In this document: piece after piece, positions 17,785-27,371 of the stretch | Layout of the letters: every line of letters starts with the position of its first letter | Position numbering within the stretch: position 1 is the stretch's first letter | Assembly (NCBI GenBank): GCA_019352195.1 | Contig: JACAFG010000002.1 | Span: 167,820-231,819 of the forward strand | Source: Candidatus Saccharimonadota bacterium | GTDB taxonomy: Bacteria > Patescibacteriota > Saccharimonadia > UBA4664 | DNA: 64,000 nt | Reading direction: 5' to 3' | The notes under the pieces: generated by a model | Seen by the model: the letters and a program-made list of their open reading frames with translations, nothing else | Database searches by the model: none | Told to the model about the DNA's origin: nothing | Position numbers and translations under genes: made by a program

Positions 17785-18642
17785 TTATTGAACGCTTACG
17801 CTAGTGGACGCTGAATTTGAGTTTGAAGCGTTGCCACTTGAAGCTCCGCCAGCGTTGGTGTTACCGCTAACTGTAACGTTACCGCTGCCAGCCCATTGCC
17901 GGTTCTCATTGGTTACGCCCACATTGGTAGTTGTGGTCGAATGAGACATAGCGCTGTTGTTGATGCTGACGTGGTTGCTCGAATTGGGTCCCGTGTTGCC
18001 AATGCTAACAGTACTCCCGCCACCGGTACCGGACGTAGATCCAGCTGACGACGAGGGGTTCGAGATGGTTACCCCCGTGTTGGTAGAGTTGGTGTTGCTA
18101 GCATTGCCCGTACCACCGCTCCCGTTCGCGTTGGTGTTACCGCTAACGGTGACGTTGCCGCTCCACGCGCTCTGAGAGCCTTGGTTACCGACACCTACGT
18201 TGTTAGTGGTGCTTTGGCTCCAATTGCTGGAGTTGTTCATCGTTACACCGTTGGTTGAGCTGGGGCCGGTATCCGAAATGGTGACATCACTGCCACCGCC
18301 TCCGCTCGGTAGGCTCATGGCGTTTGTCGTAGGGTTACTGACACTTACGGTGGTTGCGGTATTGGACATGTTGGATGCATTACCCGAACCCGCCCCGCCC
18401 GCGTTAGTATTACCTGTTACCCAGACATTACCCGAGCCCGCTCCCTGAGAGTTGCCGTTGTAGACACTCAAGTAATTCGAGTTGGTAGACCACCAACTTG
18501 AGTTGTTCATGAGCGAAACTTGATTGGTAGAGCCTGGACCAGTCCCTGATATGGTGGCCGATGAAGCAAAAGCCGCCCCGCTGCCGAGTGTGGCTATGAG
18601 CGCGCCCGACGCGGCGACCCGAAATAGTAGTTTATTCTGCAT
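17785..18642 (-). CDS. secreted S/N/G/T-rich protein with three ~93-aa tandem repeats
   Basis: Signal peptide, then three imperfect repeats (I-[SG]-x-TGP-x-S-[TS]-N ... G-x-GN ... [SA]-G-N-[VW]-[TW]-V-[ST]-GNTNA-[GN]-G ... GNASN ... [ST]-[VI]-S). It resembles curlin/beta-solenoid surface proteins. Confidence 0.65.
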   Translation of the reverse strand: MQNKLLFRVAASGALIATLGSGAAFASSATISGTGPGSTNQVSLMNNSSWWSTNSNYLSVYNGNSQGAGSGNVWVTGNTNAGGAGSGNASNMSNTATTVSVSNPTTNAMSLPSGGGGSDVTISDTGPSSTNGVTMNNSSNWSQSTTNNVGVGNQGSQSAWSGNVTVSGNTNANGSGGTGNASNTNSTNTGVTISNPSSSAGSTSGTGGGSTVSIGNTGPNSSNHVSINNSAMSHSTTTTNVGVTNENRQWAGSGNVTVSGNTNAGGASSGNASNSNSASTSVSVQ

Positions 18643-18796
18643 ATGCTGCCCTCATTAGTTACTTATTAAGCATAGTCACAAGGTGCCTTTGGCACAGTGG
18701 CTAATCTGACGAACCTTATCCCGTGGCTAATCTGGGACTATCTGGAAGATTGGACGATACGGACATCTTTACAGCTATAGCCATCTGGGCCTATGC

Positions 18797-20158
18797 TTGA
18801 ACCATAACCATTTTCACGGAAGAATATTTGTCGTGTCCCGCAACATAAATTTGAGTTTCACCCCCGAGCAGACCGGCCCAGCGCTCGTATACATCGAACG
18901 CTATTGGCATAAGCTAATTGCGTTTAGCCCACATGACCAGGGGACACTGATTGGTGTACCGCGCCCGTATTTGGTACCCAGTGTCGGCAGCGAAAGCTTT
19001 AAGTTTGAAGAGATATTTTACTGGGACAGCTATTTTATGGCCCAAGGTCTCTTGGGTACCCCGCTTGAAAGTATGTATCGAGGGATTGTCGAAGATCTTA
19101 TGAGTTTAATGGGACGTTACGGCATCATTCCTAATGCCGGCCGAACGTACATGACCGGACGCTCGCAGCCACCATTTATGACGTCGATGATTATGCAGGT
19201 GTATGAACTAGAGCATAGTAAACGTTGGCTCGAACGCGCCATGGATGTGGCCAAAGAAGAATACCGCAGCGTGTGGATGGGAACGGTGCAGCCAAATTGG
19301 CGCCAAGTTTTTCACGGGTTATCGCGTTACTACGACGTAAATGTGTTAAATGATTTGGCCGAGTGTGAAAGCGGCTGGGATATGACGACGCGGTTCCACC
19401 GTCAGGCACTATCGTATATACCGGTAGACCTAAACGCGCTGCTCTGGCGTTACGAGCGTGATTTTGCAGCGGCTGCACTAATATTGGGTGATAAGGAAGA
19501 ATCGCAGGAGTGGCAGCATCGGGCGGTGAAGCGCCGGGCGGCTATGAAACAGTTTCTGTGGGATGAGGAGCTTGGCTGTTGGTTTGATTACAACTTTATG
19601 ACGGGGACCAAAAGCTCCGTGTGGTCGCTGGCTGCGTTTTATCCTATGTGGGTGGGCATGATGAGCGATACAGACGCTGGTCGTCTCATGCAGCACTTGC
19701 CTAAGTTTGAGGGTGAGGGTGGTTTGGCGACCACTGCTAAAGAACCGCTGGTAGTAATGGATATGCCGGCCCAGTGGGCCTATCCGAATGGTTGGGCGCC
19801 GCTGCAGCTGCTGGCAACTGAGGGGATGGAACGCTACGGCTACCATACTGAAGCAGAGCGGGTAGCGCGTAAGTGGCTGCGTAATAACCTCCAAGGCTTT
19901 GAAACGAGCGGTGAATTCTATGAAAAATATAACGTTATTGCTGTTGGAGACGAGCCGGTGGAAGGCGTTTATCCCTCGCAAACCGGCTTTGGCTGGACCA
20001 ATGGGGTGTTCACGCGTTTGGCTGAGCGGTATCTGACGGCCGAAGAACTACCGCCACGAATGGCCGCGGCTAGTGATAAAACTTGGTTAGCTTCGTTGCG
20101 TTCTAAACAACATCAGCTCGCACGCGTTACTGATCAGCTGCGCCAGCGGTTGGCTTAA
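18797..20158 (+). CDS. trehalase (GH37)
   Basis: Both GH37 signatures: FKFEEIFYWDSYF (PGGRFxExYYWDSY-like) and QWAYPNGWAPLQ. Confidence 0.85.
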   Translation: MNHNHFHGRIFVVSRNINLSFTPEQTGPALVYIERYWHKLIAFSPHDQGTLIGVPRPYLVPSVGSESFKFEEIFYWDSYFMAQGLLGTPLESMYRGIVEDLMSLMGRYGIIPNAGRTYMTGRSQPPFMTSMIMQVYELEHSKRWLERAMDVAKEEYRSVWMGTVQPNWRQVFHGLSRYYDVNVLNDLAECESGWDMTTRFHRQALSYIPVDLNALLWRYERDFAAAALILGDKEESQEWQHRAVKRRAAMKQFLWDEELGCWFDYNFMTGTKSSVWSLAAFYPMWVGMMSDTDAGRLMQHLPKFEGEGGLATTAKEPLVVMDMPAQWAYPNGWAPLQLLATEGMERYGYHTEAERVARKWLRNNLQGFETSGEFYEKYNVIAVGDEPVEGVYPSQTGFGWTNGVFTRLAERYLTAEELPPRMAAASDKTWLASLRSKQHQLARVTDQLRQRLA

Positions 20159-20160
20159 CA

Positions 20161-20988
20161 ATGTCCAAGGGGGTAGTTGGATTATTTGACATCGGTGCGA
20201 CGCGCACACGTCTGGCCATCGCGACTTCGCCCCACGAATTTAGCGAGCACGTTAGTTTTGCGACTGATACAACGGCGGCGGGTACGAAGCAATTATTTGA
20301 TCAATTGCGCGTACTTGTGGGTGATTGCCGACTTACTGGATTGGCGGGCGGTGTAGCGGGTCAGATCAACCCGCAAACTGGTACGCTATGGCACGCCACC
20401 AACCTGCCTCATTGGAACGGTATTGCCATTGGTCATGAGTTTACCCAGGCTTTTGGCGTAAAGCTGGCGATTGGCAACGATACCGCGGTGGTGGGCCTTG
20501 GCGAAGCGGTGTTTGGAGCCGGTCGTGGCCATCATATTGTGATGTACGAAACGGTATCAACGGGGGTAAATGCTGCCCGCATTACGGGCGGAGTGATTGA
20601 CGAAATGGCGCAGGGAATCGAGGTTGGTGCTCAGTTAATCCTCGGCTCAGACGGCCACCTAACGACTCTGGAGGCCGCTACAGGCGGGGCAGCTCTGGAA
20701 CGTAAATATGGTCATCCGCCGCGCGAACTGGCCTTGCAGGGCCTGTGGCGCAGTGAGGCGAGGCTGCTAGCGCTCGGTTTGTACAATAGCTTACTGCATT
20801 TTTCGCCCGACGTGGTGGTGTTTGGGGGCTCGATGATGCGCGATATTGAGCTGCGGGATATTGAGCGTGAGCTAAAGAAGCTGCCGCTGAAGTGGCCACG
20901 TCCGGTGCCGCTGCTGCACGCCCAGCTCGGCGATAATGGCGGCTTATTCGGCGCTCTAGCGCTGGCGCGTACGAAAGGCTTTGTTTGA
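20161..20988 (+). CDS. ROK/BadF-type sugar kinase (putative glucokinase)
   Basis: ASKHA-fold phosphate-1 motif (GLFDIGATRTRLAIA). Sits 2 nt after the trehalase stop, consistent with a trehalose-to-glucose-6-P operon. Confidence 0.65.
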   Translation: MSKGVVGLFDIGATRTRLAIATSPHEFSEHVSFATDTTAAGTKQLFDQLRVLVGDCRLTGLAGGVAGQINPQTGTLWHATNLPHWNGIAIGHEFTQAFGVKLAIGNDTAVVGLGEAVFGAGRGHHIVMYETVSTGVNAARITGGVIDEMAQGIEVGAQLILGSDGHLTTLEAATGGAALERKYGHPPRELALQGLWRSEARLLALGLYNSLLHFSPDVVVFGGSMMRDIELRDIERELKKLPLKWPRPVPLLHAQLGDNGGLFGALALARTKGFV

Positions 20989-20999
20989 GGTAGCCGAGC

Positions 21000-22577
21000 C
21001 TACTCGCCGACGGCGGAGTAGACCTCTTCGAGCGTGGTTTTACCTTCGAGAACTTTTAGTACTCCGTCTTGCAGCAATGTCATCATGCCGCTCTTGATGG
21101 CGGCCTGCTCAATCGCTTGGGTTGTAGTGGCGCTGGAAGCTTGCGTAATCATAGCTTCGAGCTCGGGTGTCATCGAGAGCTGTTCGATCAGGCTGATGCG
21201 GCCGGAATAGCCAAAGTGGTGACATTGTTCGCAACCGACGGATTTAGCGAGTTTGATGTGCTCTAGTGCCGGATACAGTGAGGGGTCGACGCCTTGGAGC
21301 GCAGTAGTAATTTCGAGCAGCTGCTGTTTGGTAGGTGCAACCTTAGCACGGCAATGAGGGCAGAGCTGACGGACAAGTCGCTGAGCCATAATGAGGCGAA
21401 TTGAGGATGCTAGCAGCGGGTTTTCGCCGATCATGTCGATGAGTCGCGTAACCGCGGCCGAGGCTGAGGCGGCGTGGAAAGTTGAGAGCACGAGGTGACC
21501 TGTGAGGGCAGCCTGCAAGGCTGTTTTGGCGGTGTCGGCGTCGCGGATTTCACCAATCATGATGATGTTGGGGTCTTCACGAAGGACAGCTCGCAGTTTA
21601 TTGCCAAAGGATTCTTGATCTTCGGATACTACTGGGACCTGCGAGATGCCGTCGAGCTCGTATTCGACTGGATCTTCGAGGGTGACAATTTTTACCTCGG
21701 GGTTGTTGAGGTGGTTGATGATGGAGTAGAGCGTTGAGGTTTTACCTGAGCCGGTGGGGCCAACCGTTAGCACCATGCCCCGTGGATGGGCAATAGCACG
21801 GTCAAGGACTTCACGCTGAGGTGGGGTGAGGAGAAGATTGTCGAGCGTAAGATACTGTTCACTGAGATTGAAAATGCGGATGACTACGTCTTGGCCGTGG
21901 AGTGATGGTACGGTCTCGAGACGCATATTGAGGGTAACTTCGTCCCCGTCGTCGTTGATCGCGCGAATAGCTAGACGGCCGCCTTGAGGTTCGTCGGCGC
22001 CCCATTTTACATTGGCACGAATCTGCATGTCGCTGGTAAACAGCTCGTAACGCTCACGCGTGAGCTCCAAAATTGGGTGAAGGGTGCCGTCGAGGCGGAA
22101 ACGAATACGGGCGGAGTTTTCACCAGGCTCAATGTGGATGTCGGATGCGCCGAGTTGAAACGCCAGTTGGGCGATGGGCTCAAACATAAATTTGGGCTCG
22201 AGTCCAGCGAGGCGCGATGAAAAATCGCTAAAGTCGCCGCTTTCAATGACGTCGCCATTTTGGGCAATGGCGTAGCGGTTAATGAGCCGCGACCAGCCAA
22301 TGCCCGAGATGAGGCGGTAGCTCACTTCATAGCCAGCGAGACGAGCCGTAAGTGTATCGAGCAGGTCACGCTTGGTAGATTCATTGATACCGAGGGTGAG
22401 CTTGGCTCCATCTAGAGCCAGCGGCACAATGCCATAAGCTTCCATGCCGGCTACGGTCAGTTTACCGACGAGCGGTTTGATATCAATTTTGGGGCGGGTA
22501 TCAAAATATTCAACCCCAATAGAGGCGGCAAGCTCACGGGTAGCAGTTTCGTATTGGTCGCGCTCAGCTTCTGTCAT
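21000..22577 (-). CDS. pilB: type IV pilus / type II secretion ATPase (PilB/GspE family)
   Basis: Walker A (VGPTGSGKTSTLYS), Asp and His boxes, and C-terminal tetracysteine (CPHCRAKV ... CEQCHHFGY). Confidence 0.8.
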   Translation of the reverse strand: MTEAERDQYETATRELAASIGVEYFDTRPKIDIKPLVGKLTVAGMEAYGIVPLALDGAKLTLGINESTKRDLLDTLTARLAGYEVSYRLISGIGWSRLINRYAIAQNGDVIESGDFSDFSSRLAGLEPKFMFEPIAQLAFQLGASDIHIEPGENSARIRFRLDGTLHPILELTRERYELFTSDMQIRANVKWGADEPQGGRLAIRAINDDGDEVTLNMRLETVPSLHGQDVVIRIFNLSEQYLTLDNLLLTPPQREVLDRAIAHPRGMVLTVGPTGSGKTSTLYSIINHLNNPEVKIVTLEDPVEYELDGISQVPVVSEDQESFGNKLRAVLREDPNIIMIGEIRDADTAKTALQAALTGHLVLSTFHAASASAAVTRLIDMIGENPLLASSIRLIMAQRLVRQLCPHCRAKVAPTKQQLLEITTALQGVDPSLYPALEHIKLAKSVGCEQCHHFGYSGRISLIEQLSMTPELEAMITQASSATTTQAIEQAAIKSGMMTLLQDGVLKVLEGKTTLEEVYSAVGE

Positions 22578-22627
22578 AGCGATATCATAACACTACAACG
22601 CTTGTGCTTGAACGGTTTGGCGTGACA

Positions 22628-24484
22628 TTAAGGATTGAGAGCGTAAACACTCCAGGTAGCGTTGGAAAAAACGAGATTTAGGTTCGCTAGGGCAGGAGTG
22701 TTGACTGTCCAATCGCTGGGCTCTACTACTCGCACGGCTAAGAAGTTGGGATGATACGCCGCCACGTTGGGGTCCGATGTATTTCCAACCAGAAGCGCGC
22801 TGACGGCGTCTTGGCGCCCGACGTAATCCAGATGGTAATTGTATAACCAGCCGCGATAGCCTAATACGATTGAGCGGCCGGCGAGCGTTGCCAGTGGCTG
22901 GTTTGGTGAATCAGTGGTGGCAAAAATACTATCTGGGCTGGTATTTTGTTTGGCCCAGTTGGCCAGAGCAATATCGTCGTTCGAAGCGAACTGATCGTGC
23001 AACTGAAACTCTCGTACGATCGTAAGCGTACCCGGAACGCTAAAAACGACGAGGCAGACGGCTGCAAGCACCCAGCGAGTTATTTGGCCCGAGCGCCAGA
23101 CGAGGCCACCAAGGGCCAGCATGGCCATAATAAGAACGTAAAATATCAGCTTGAGATTGTCATAGGCAAACGGCTGTAGGCTGTAGACATGAGCAAACAC
23201 AAACAAGATGAAGAACGGTACGAGCCACGGGCTATAACGGCGCCACCGCGGTTTCATAAGCAAGACCGCGAGGCCAATAAGTACTACGAGAATGAGGCCA
23301 AAATTGTGCCACTCGAAGCCGATGAGTGACTCGCCGGCTAGTCTCGTCCAGCCTTCAACAATATGGCCGCCGGTGCCACTGCCGATGGCGAGCTGCTGCC
23401 AGGCGAGCTGCGGCAGCGCGACCGCAACGAGCAAGGCCAATGACTGCAGCCAGACACTAAGATGAGCGCGCTGATGGAGCGCCACCCAAACAAGGAGTCC
23501 TGCCAGTAAGGTGCAGGCTGCTACAAATGAGTGAGGGTGCGCGAGCGGCAACAGGCCTACCATGAGTGCAGCGGCAAACAGCCAGCGCCGCCGGTGATGG
23601 GCGAGCGCGCTGTGCCATAAAATTGCCGTCACGAGCCATATGCCGAGGCCGAACAAAAAGGCACGCTGGGGTAGCAATAGATCGGCCACAGCGTTGTTGA
23701 CGTGGACATTGATTGCATCGATGCCCGAGTAGTTTTGGGGAATGTGGTGCAGCCAAGCAAGAAGAGTTAGGCCGCTGGCACGCCAGTCACCCAGTGCTAC
23801 CAAGCCGCCCGCGGCTGAGCCACACGTTAGGATGAGTATTGTGCCCAGGACAGCGCCGCCAAAACGTCCCCACAAGCGCCAGCCAAAGGCGATGAGCAGC
23901 TGTGTGATACTCCAAGCGAGTAAAATTCCCGGCACTGCCAGCGCGAAGTTCATGCTCCAGCCGCCTCGTACGAAGAGTGCGCTCAAGAAATCGATGAGAA
24001 ATGGATAGGTCAGGGGCGTACCACTGGCAATAGGTAAGTCGTGTGGCAGGCTGCTCGGGAGAGCCTGGTGGCTTACGATACTGGCGTGAAGACCAAAATC
24101 GGCCCAGGTAGATCCTGCCGACATGAGGCCATTGCTGGTTGGCAGCAGGTCGTGGGTGATCATGAGCCAGGCCCAGAAAATGAGGCTAGCGACGGCAATG
24201 ACGCTCCAAGTAAGCGCTATTTTACGATCTAACTTCAGACGTGGCGCTGGTTTCCCCTTGATTAACAGCCACACAATGAGCGCGGAAATAGCCAGAGAGC
24301 CAACGGGAAGCGCGAAGCGGTAGGGCAGGATAAGGCAAGGTAGCAGGATAATCCATGTAAAACCAAATAGTCCGGTGATAATACTTATGGCGGCGGTTTC
24401 GATACCTGCCAGGCGGAGCTGGAGCCAACGCGTAAAGCTATAGCCGAGGCAAAGCGCTAGGCTGAGGTAAATGATCGCGATCAT
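22628..24484 (-). CDS. polytopic membrane protein, GT-C-fold glycosyltransferase-like
   Basis: 618 aa with about 12 TM helices and a C-terminal soluble domain. Located between PilB and the Ppm/Pmt-like pair. No definitive motif. Confidence 0.4.
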   Translation of the reverse strand: MIAIIYLSLALCLGYSFTRWLQLRLAGIETAAISIITGLFGFTWIILLPCLILPYRFALPVGSLAISALIVWLLIKGKPAPRLKLDRKIALTWSVIAVASLIFWAWLMITHDLLPTSNGLMSAGSTWADFGLHASIVSHQALPSSLPHDLPIASGTPLTYPFLIDFLSALFVRGGWSMNFALAVPGILLAWSITQLLIAFGWRLWGRFGGAVLGTILILTCGSAAGGLVALGDWRASGLTLLAWLHHIPQNYSGIDAINVHVNNAVADLLLPQRAFLFGLGIWLVTAILWHSALAHHRRRWLFAAALMVGLLPLAHPHSFVAACTLLAGLLVWVALHQRAHLSVWLQSLALLVAVALPQLAWQQLAIGSGTGGHIVEGWTRLAGESLIGFEWHNFGLILVVLIGLAVLLMKPRWRRYSPWLVPFFILFVFAHVYSLQPFAYDNLKLIFYVLIMAMLALGGLVWRSGQITRWVLAAVCLVVFSVPGTLTIVREFQLHDQFASNDDIALANWAKQNTSPDSIFATTDSPNQPLATLAGRSIVLGYRGWLYNYHLDYVGRQDAVSALLVGNTSDPNVAAYHPNFLAVRVVEPSDWTVNTPALANLNLVFSNATWSVYALNP

Positions 24485-24566
24485 ACTACTTGTGCTTCCA
24501 TAGTCTTAGCTTATCACTTCTGGCCGACTTGGCAGGCTGCTTTGAGCGGGCTATAGTTGCTCCAGT

Positions 24567-25265
24567 ATGAGCTTGTTTACCTCACTTAGTCTCTTTTTTC
24601 CGGTTTACAACGAAGTTGCCGTGCTTGAAGATACCATTCGCCGGGCCAACAGGTCTTTGCTGGGGCTAAAAGTGGCTGATTTCGAGCTCATTATCATCGA
24701 CGACGGCTCAACTGATGGTTCAGGGGCGTTGGCTGATAAATTGGCTGCTGAGTTACCGGTGGTCCGAGTGGTGCATCACGCGGCAAATGGGGGATACGGG
24801 GCAGCTTTGCAAACCGGCTTTGGCGCTGCCACCAAAGAATGGGTGATGTATACCGATAGCGACGGGCAATTTGATGTGGCAGATTTGGCCAACTTTGAAC
24901 GCTATGTCGGTAGTTATGACGTTATGCTAGGGTATCGTTTGCAACGACAAGATCATGTCGGCCGCATCGTAAACGCCAAGGCCTGGAGCGCCTTGGTTCA
25001 CCTGTTAATTGGCGTAAAAGTACGCGATTTGGATTGTGCCTTTAAGGTTATTCGTCGTTCGGCCCTCGTTCGTGTATTGCCGCTCGAGGCATCGGGCGCG
25101 GTAATTTCGGCAGAATTATTGCTGAAGCTGAAGCGAGCTGGTTATAAGTTTGTGCAGGTTGGCGTTCATCATTATCCGCGCGTGGCGGGTGAGCCGAGCG
25201 GTGCTAAACCAAGCGTAATCCTCAAGGCGCTCAAAGAGCTGGCGGCCTTACGTCGCAGCGTTTAG
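24567..25265 (+). CDS. GT2 polyprenol-phosphate glycosyltransferase (Ppm1/DPM1/GtrB-like)
   Basis: FPVYNEVAVLEDTI ... IIIDDGSTDGS ... TDSDGQ. Its 3' end overlaps the 3' end of the convergent GT39-like gene. Confidence 0.7.
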   Translation: MSLFTSLSLFFPVYNEVAVLEDTIRRANRSLLGLKVADFELIIIDDGSTDGSGALADKLAAELPVVRVVHHAANGGYGAALQTGFGAATKEWVMYTDSDGQFDVADLANFERYVGSYDVMLGYRLQRQDHVGRIVNAKAWSALVHLLIGVKVRDLDCAFKVIRRSALVRVLPLEASGAVISAELLLKLKRAGYKFVQVGVHHYPRVAGEPSGAKPSVILKALKELAALRRSV

Positions 25266-26674
25266 CGCCAGCTCTTGAGCCAGTCGTGCTGAACAAGACT
25301 TGAAGGCGAAATTGGGTTACCGTACGACAGCGGTATGAAGTAGACGAACCCAACTACAATCAGGACGAGCGCAGCGATGTAACCGTTGCGGCTGGCTTTA
25401 GAGCGGAAATGCCAGAAATGGTCGGACGTGAGATTCCAGCCCGAAACCAAGCCCAAACCGAGGCTTGCAAGTGCGATGCTATAAATGAGAGCAAATAGGT
25501 AGTGGTAGAGGAACATGACGCGATGAATGAGGCTAAACGGTAGCCAGTTGGCTAGATATGCCGTGCTAAGAAGTCCGATGGCAAAGACCCAGCGTCGCGG
25601 AATGCGGCGCCCAGCCAAAAACTGGCCGCCCAAGACGGCAAGCACGATGAGAGTGCCCCACCACACAACCGGGTTACCAAGCAAGTAAATGTTACCTTGG
25701 TTGCCATTAGGTAAAGCATCCCCGGCCCAGTAGTATACGGGACGAGACTCAATCGGCCACGTGTACCATGCCGAGCCGTATGGGTGGGTGGCGGTTTTAA
25801 GTGACGCTTCGGCCGCGTTCATTTCTACATTGAGGTCGATAAACTTATGAATGAATGACTCGTGAGCCGTTGGGCTGTAATTGGGATTACCCACGAGCGT
25901 GGCCTGGAAGCGAAGCGGCATAAACGCGTCACCTTGGCCGCTATTAGTGAGCGTAGCAAAGTGGATCGCAAACACTGTTAGATAGACGGCTGTAGGTATG
26001 GTTATAATCATGGCCAATCTGATGGCAGCTTGCTTCAGGTTGGCATGTTTTTTGACGAGATCGTAGAGCCATATGAGACCAATGAGGCCGAGCGCGCTGA
26101 TGCCGGTCCATTTGGTACTTGAGGCCATGCCGCCAAGAATGGCAGCGAGCGCTACAAAGGTATATGAGCGCCAGCCAGTGCGGGTACGGCTGGCCAAATA
26201 CGCGACGACAGCGCCGAGGCCAAAGAGCACGAGCATCGAGTCGATGAGGACAAGGCGTGATTCCACGAGGAGCGCGTTGTCGGCGAGCACCGCCAACGCT
26301 GCCAGAGTTGCGATGCGTCGGCTGCCGCCGAGCTGGCGAAGCAATACATATACCACTGGAATTATGAGGGCGCCGGCAAAGGCAGGCAGGTAGCGCAGAT
26401 CAACTCCGGGAGCGCTGCTGGTGAGGATGGCACCGCTTTGATGGCTCAGCCAGGCCCACAACCCGAGGAGCTCTTTTCCAAGCGGCGGGTGAGGGTCAAA
26501 ATAATACGAATGCGTTAAGTAGTCGCCAGCGTAAACCTTAAAATAGACTTCGTCGAAGACTACGGCGTTAGGTTTGGTGACAAACCAAAACCGGGTAATA
26601 AAAGCTGCTAACGTCAGAAGAATAAGTTCGGGGTGCACCCGTCGAAAGAATTTCATTTTTCTAGCATAGCCCAA
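25262..26674 (-). CDS. GT-C glycosyltransferase, protein O-mannosyltransferase (PMT/GT39)-like
   Basis: N-terminal loop-1 VFDEVYF (PMT DE motif) and about 11 TM helices. Size and topology fit Pmt or ArnT-like enzymes. Confidence 0.6.
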   Translation of the reverse strand: MGYARKMKFFRRVHPELILLTLAAFITRFWFVTKPNAVVFDEVYFKVYAGDYLTHSYYFDPHPPLGKELLGLWAWLSHQSGAILTSSAPGVDLRYLPAFAGALIIPVVYVLLRQLGGSRRIATLAALAVLADNALLVESRLVLIDSMLVLFGLGAVVAYLASRTRTGWRSYTFVALAAILGGMASSTKWTGISALGLIGLIWLYDLVKKHANLKQAAIRLAMIITIPTAVYLTVFAIHFATLTNSGQGDAFMPLRFQATLVGNPNYSPTAHESFIHKFIDLNVEMNAAEASLKTATHPYGSAWYTWPIESRPVYYWAGDALPNGNQGNIYLLGNPVVWWGTLIVLAVLGGQFLAGRRIPRRWVFAIGLLSTAYLANWLPFSLIHRVMFLYHYLFALIYSIALASLGLGLVSGWNLTSDHFWHFRSKASRNGYIAALVLIVVGFVYFIPLSYGNPISPSSLVQHDWLKSWR

Positions 26675-26686
26675 AACACTGCTTGG

Positions 26687-27310
26687 CTAATAGATGTAGC
26701 GCCATGATCCGGCGTTAGTCCAGCGATGGTCGATCTGGTAGAGGCCATTGTAGTTCATCTCGGCCACCAGAACTTGATTGCCGGAGACTTGCTCAACCAA
26801 CGCAACGTGGCCGTAGTAGCCGGCGGTGGTAGTAGCAATGGCGCCGACAGCAGGCGCGCTGCCGGTACTCCAATGAGCGGCTACGGCATGATAATACCAG
26901 CTATTAGCGTTGCCCCAGTTTGAGGGCACTTGGCGCCGACTGGCGACATACCAGGTACATTGGCCGCGTGAGTAGCTGTTGGCGTAGGTGCCGTACGCTG
27001 CGAGAGTACCCGGCGGCAATAAGCCGCCATTGGGGCCCGGTCCAAGTTCGGCTACGCCCACGGACGCTTCGGTAGCAGCTGAGGCAGTTTGGGTGGTGGC
27101 GAGACCGCCTGGCACAAGCAGATGGTGGCTGCCCATCACCCAATTGCTGACTGCTGCCAGCAAACACCAGGCGATGATGCCCGTCCAGACACGGCGCGAG
27201 TATTTTCGAAGCCGCAAGCTGCGTCGCCATACTCCGCGACTTACCTGGCGCATCGAAGGGCCGGGTTCGCGGGGGACGAGATAAGGGGATTGATAGGTAA
27301 GTGTCTTCAT
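26687..27310 (-). CDS. secreted CHAP-domain peptidoglycan amidase/peptidase
   Basis: TM/signal region, then CHAP with Cys (GQCTWYV) and His (GHVALV). Confidence 0.65.
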   Translation of the reverse strand: MKTLTYQSPYLVPREPGPSMRQVSRGVWRRSLRLRKYSRRVWTGIIAWCLLAAVSNWVMGSHHLLVPGGLATTQTASAATEASVGVAELGPGPNGGLLPPGTLAAYGTYANSYSRGQCTWYVASRRQVPSNWGNANSWYYHAVAAHWSTGSAPAVGAIATTTAGYYGHVALVEQVSGNQVLVAEMNYNGLYQIDHRWTNAGSWRYIY

Positions 27311-27371
27311 AATTCAAGCAATAGGACATATTAGCGCTTCACGTTGGTAATGCAAGCACGAGAGGATTGCC

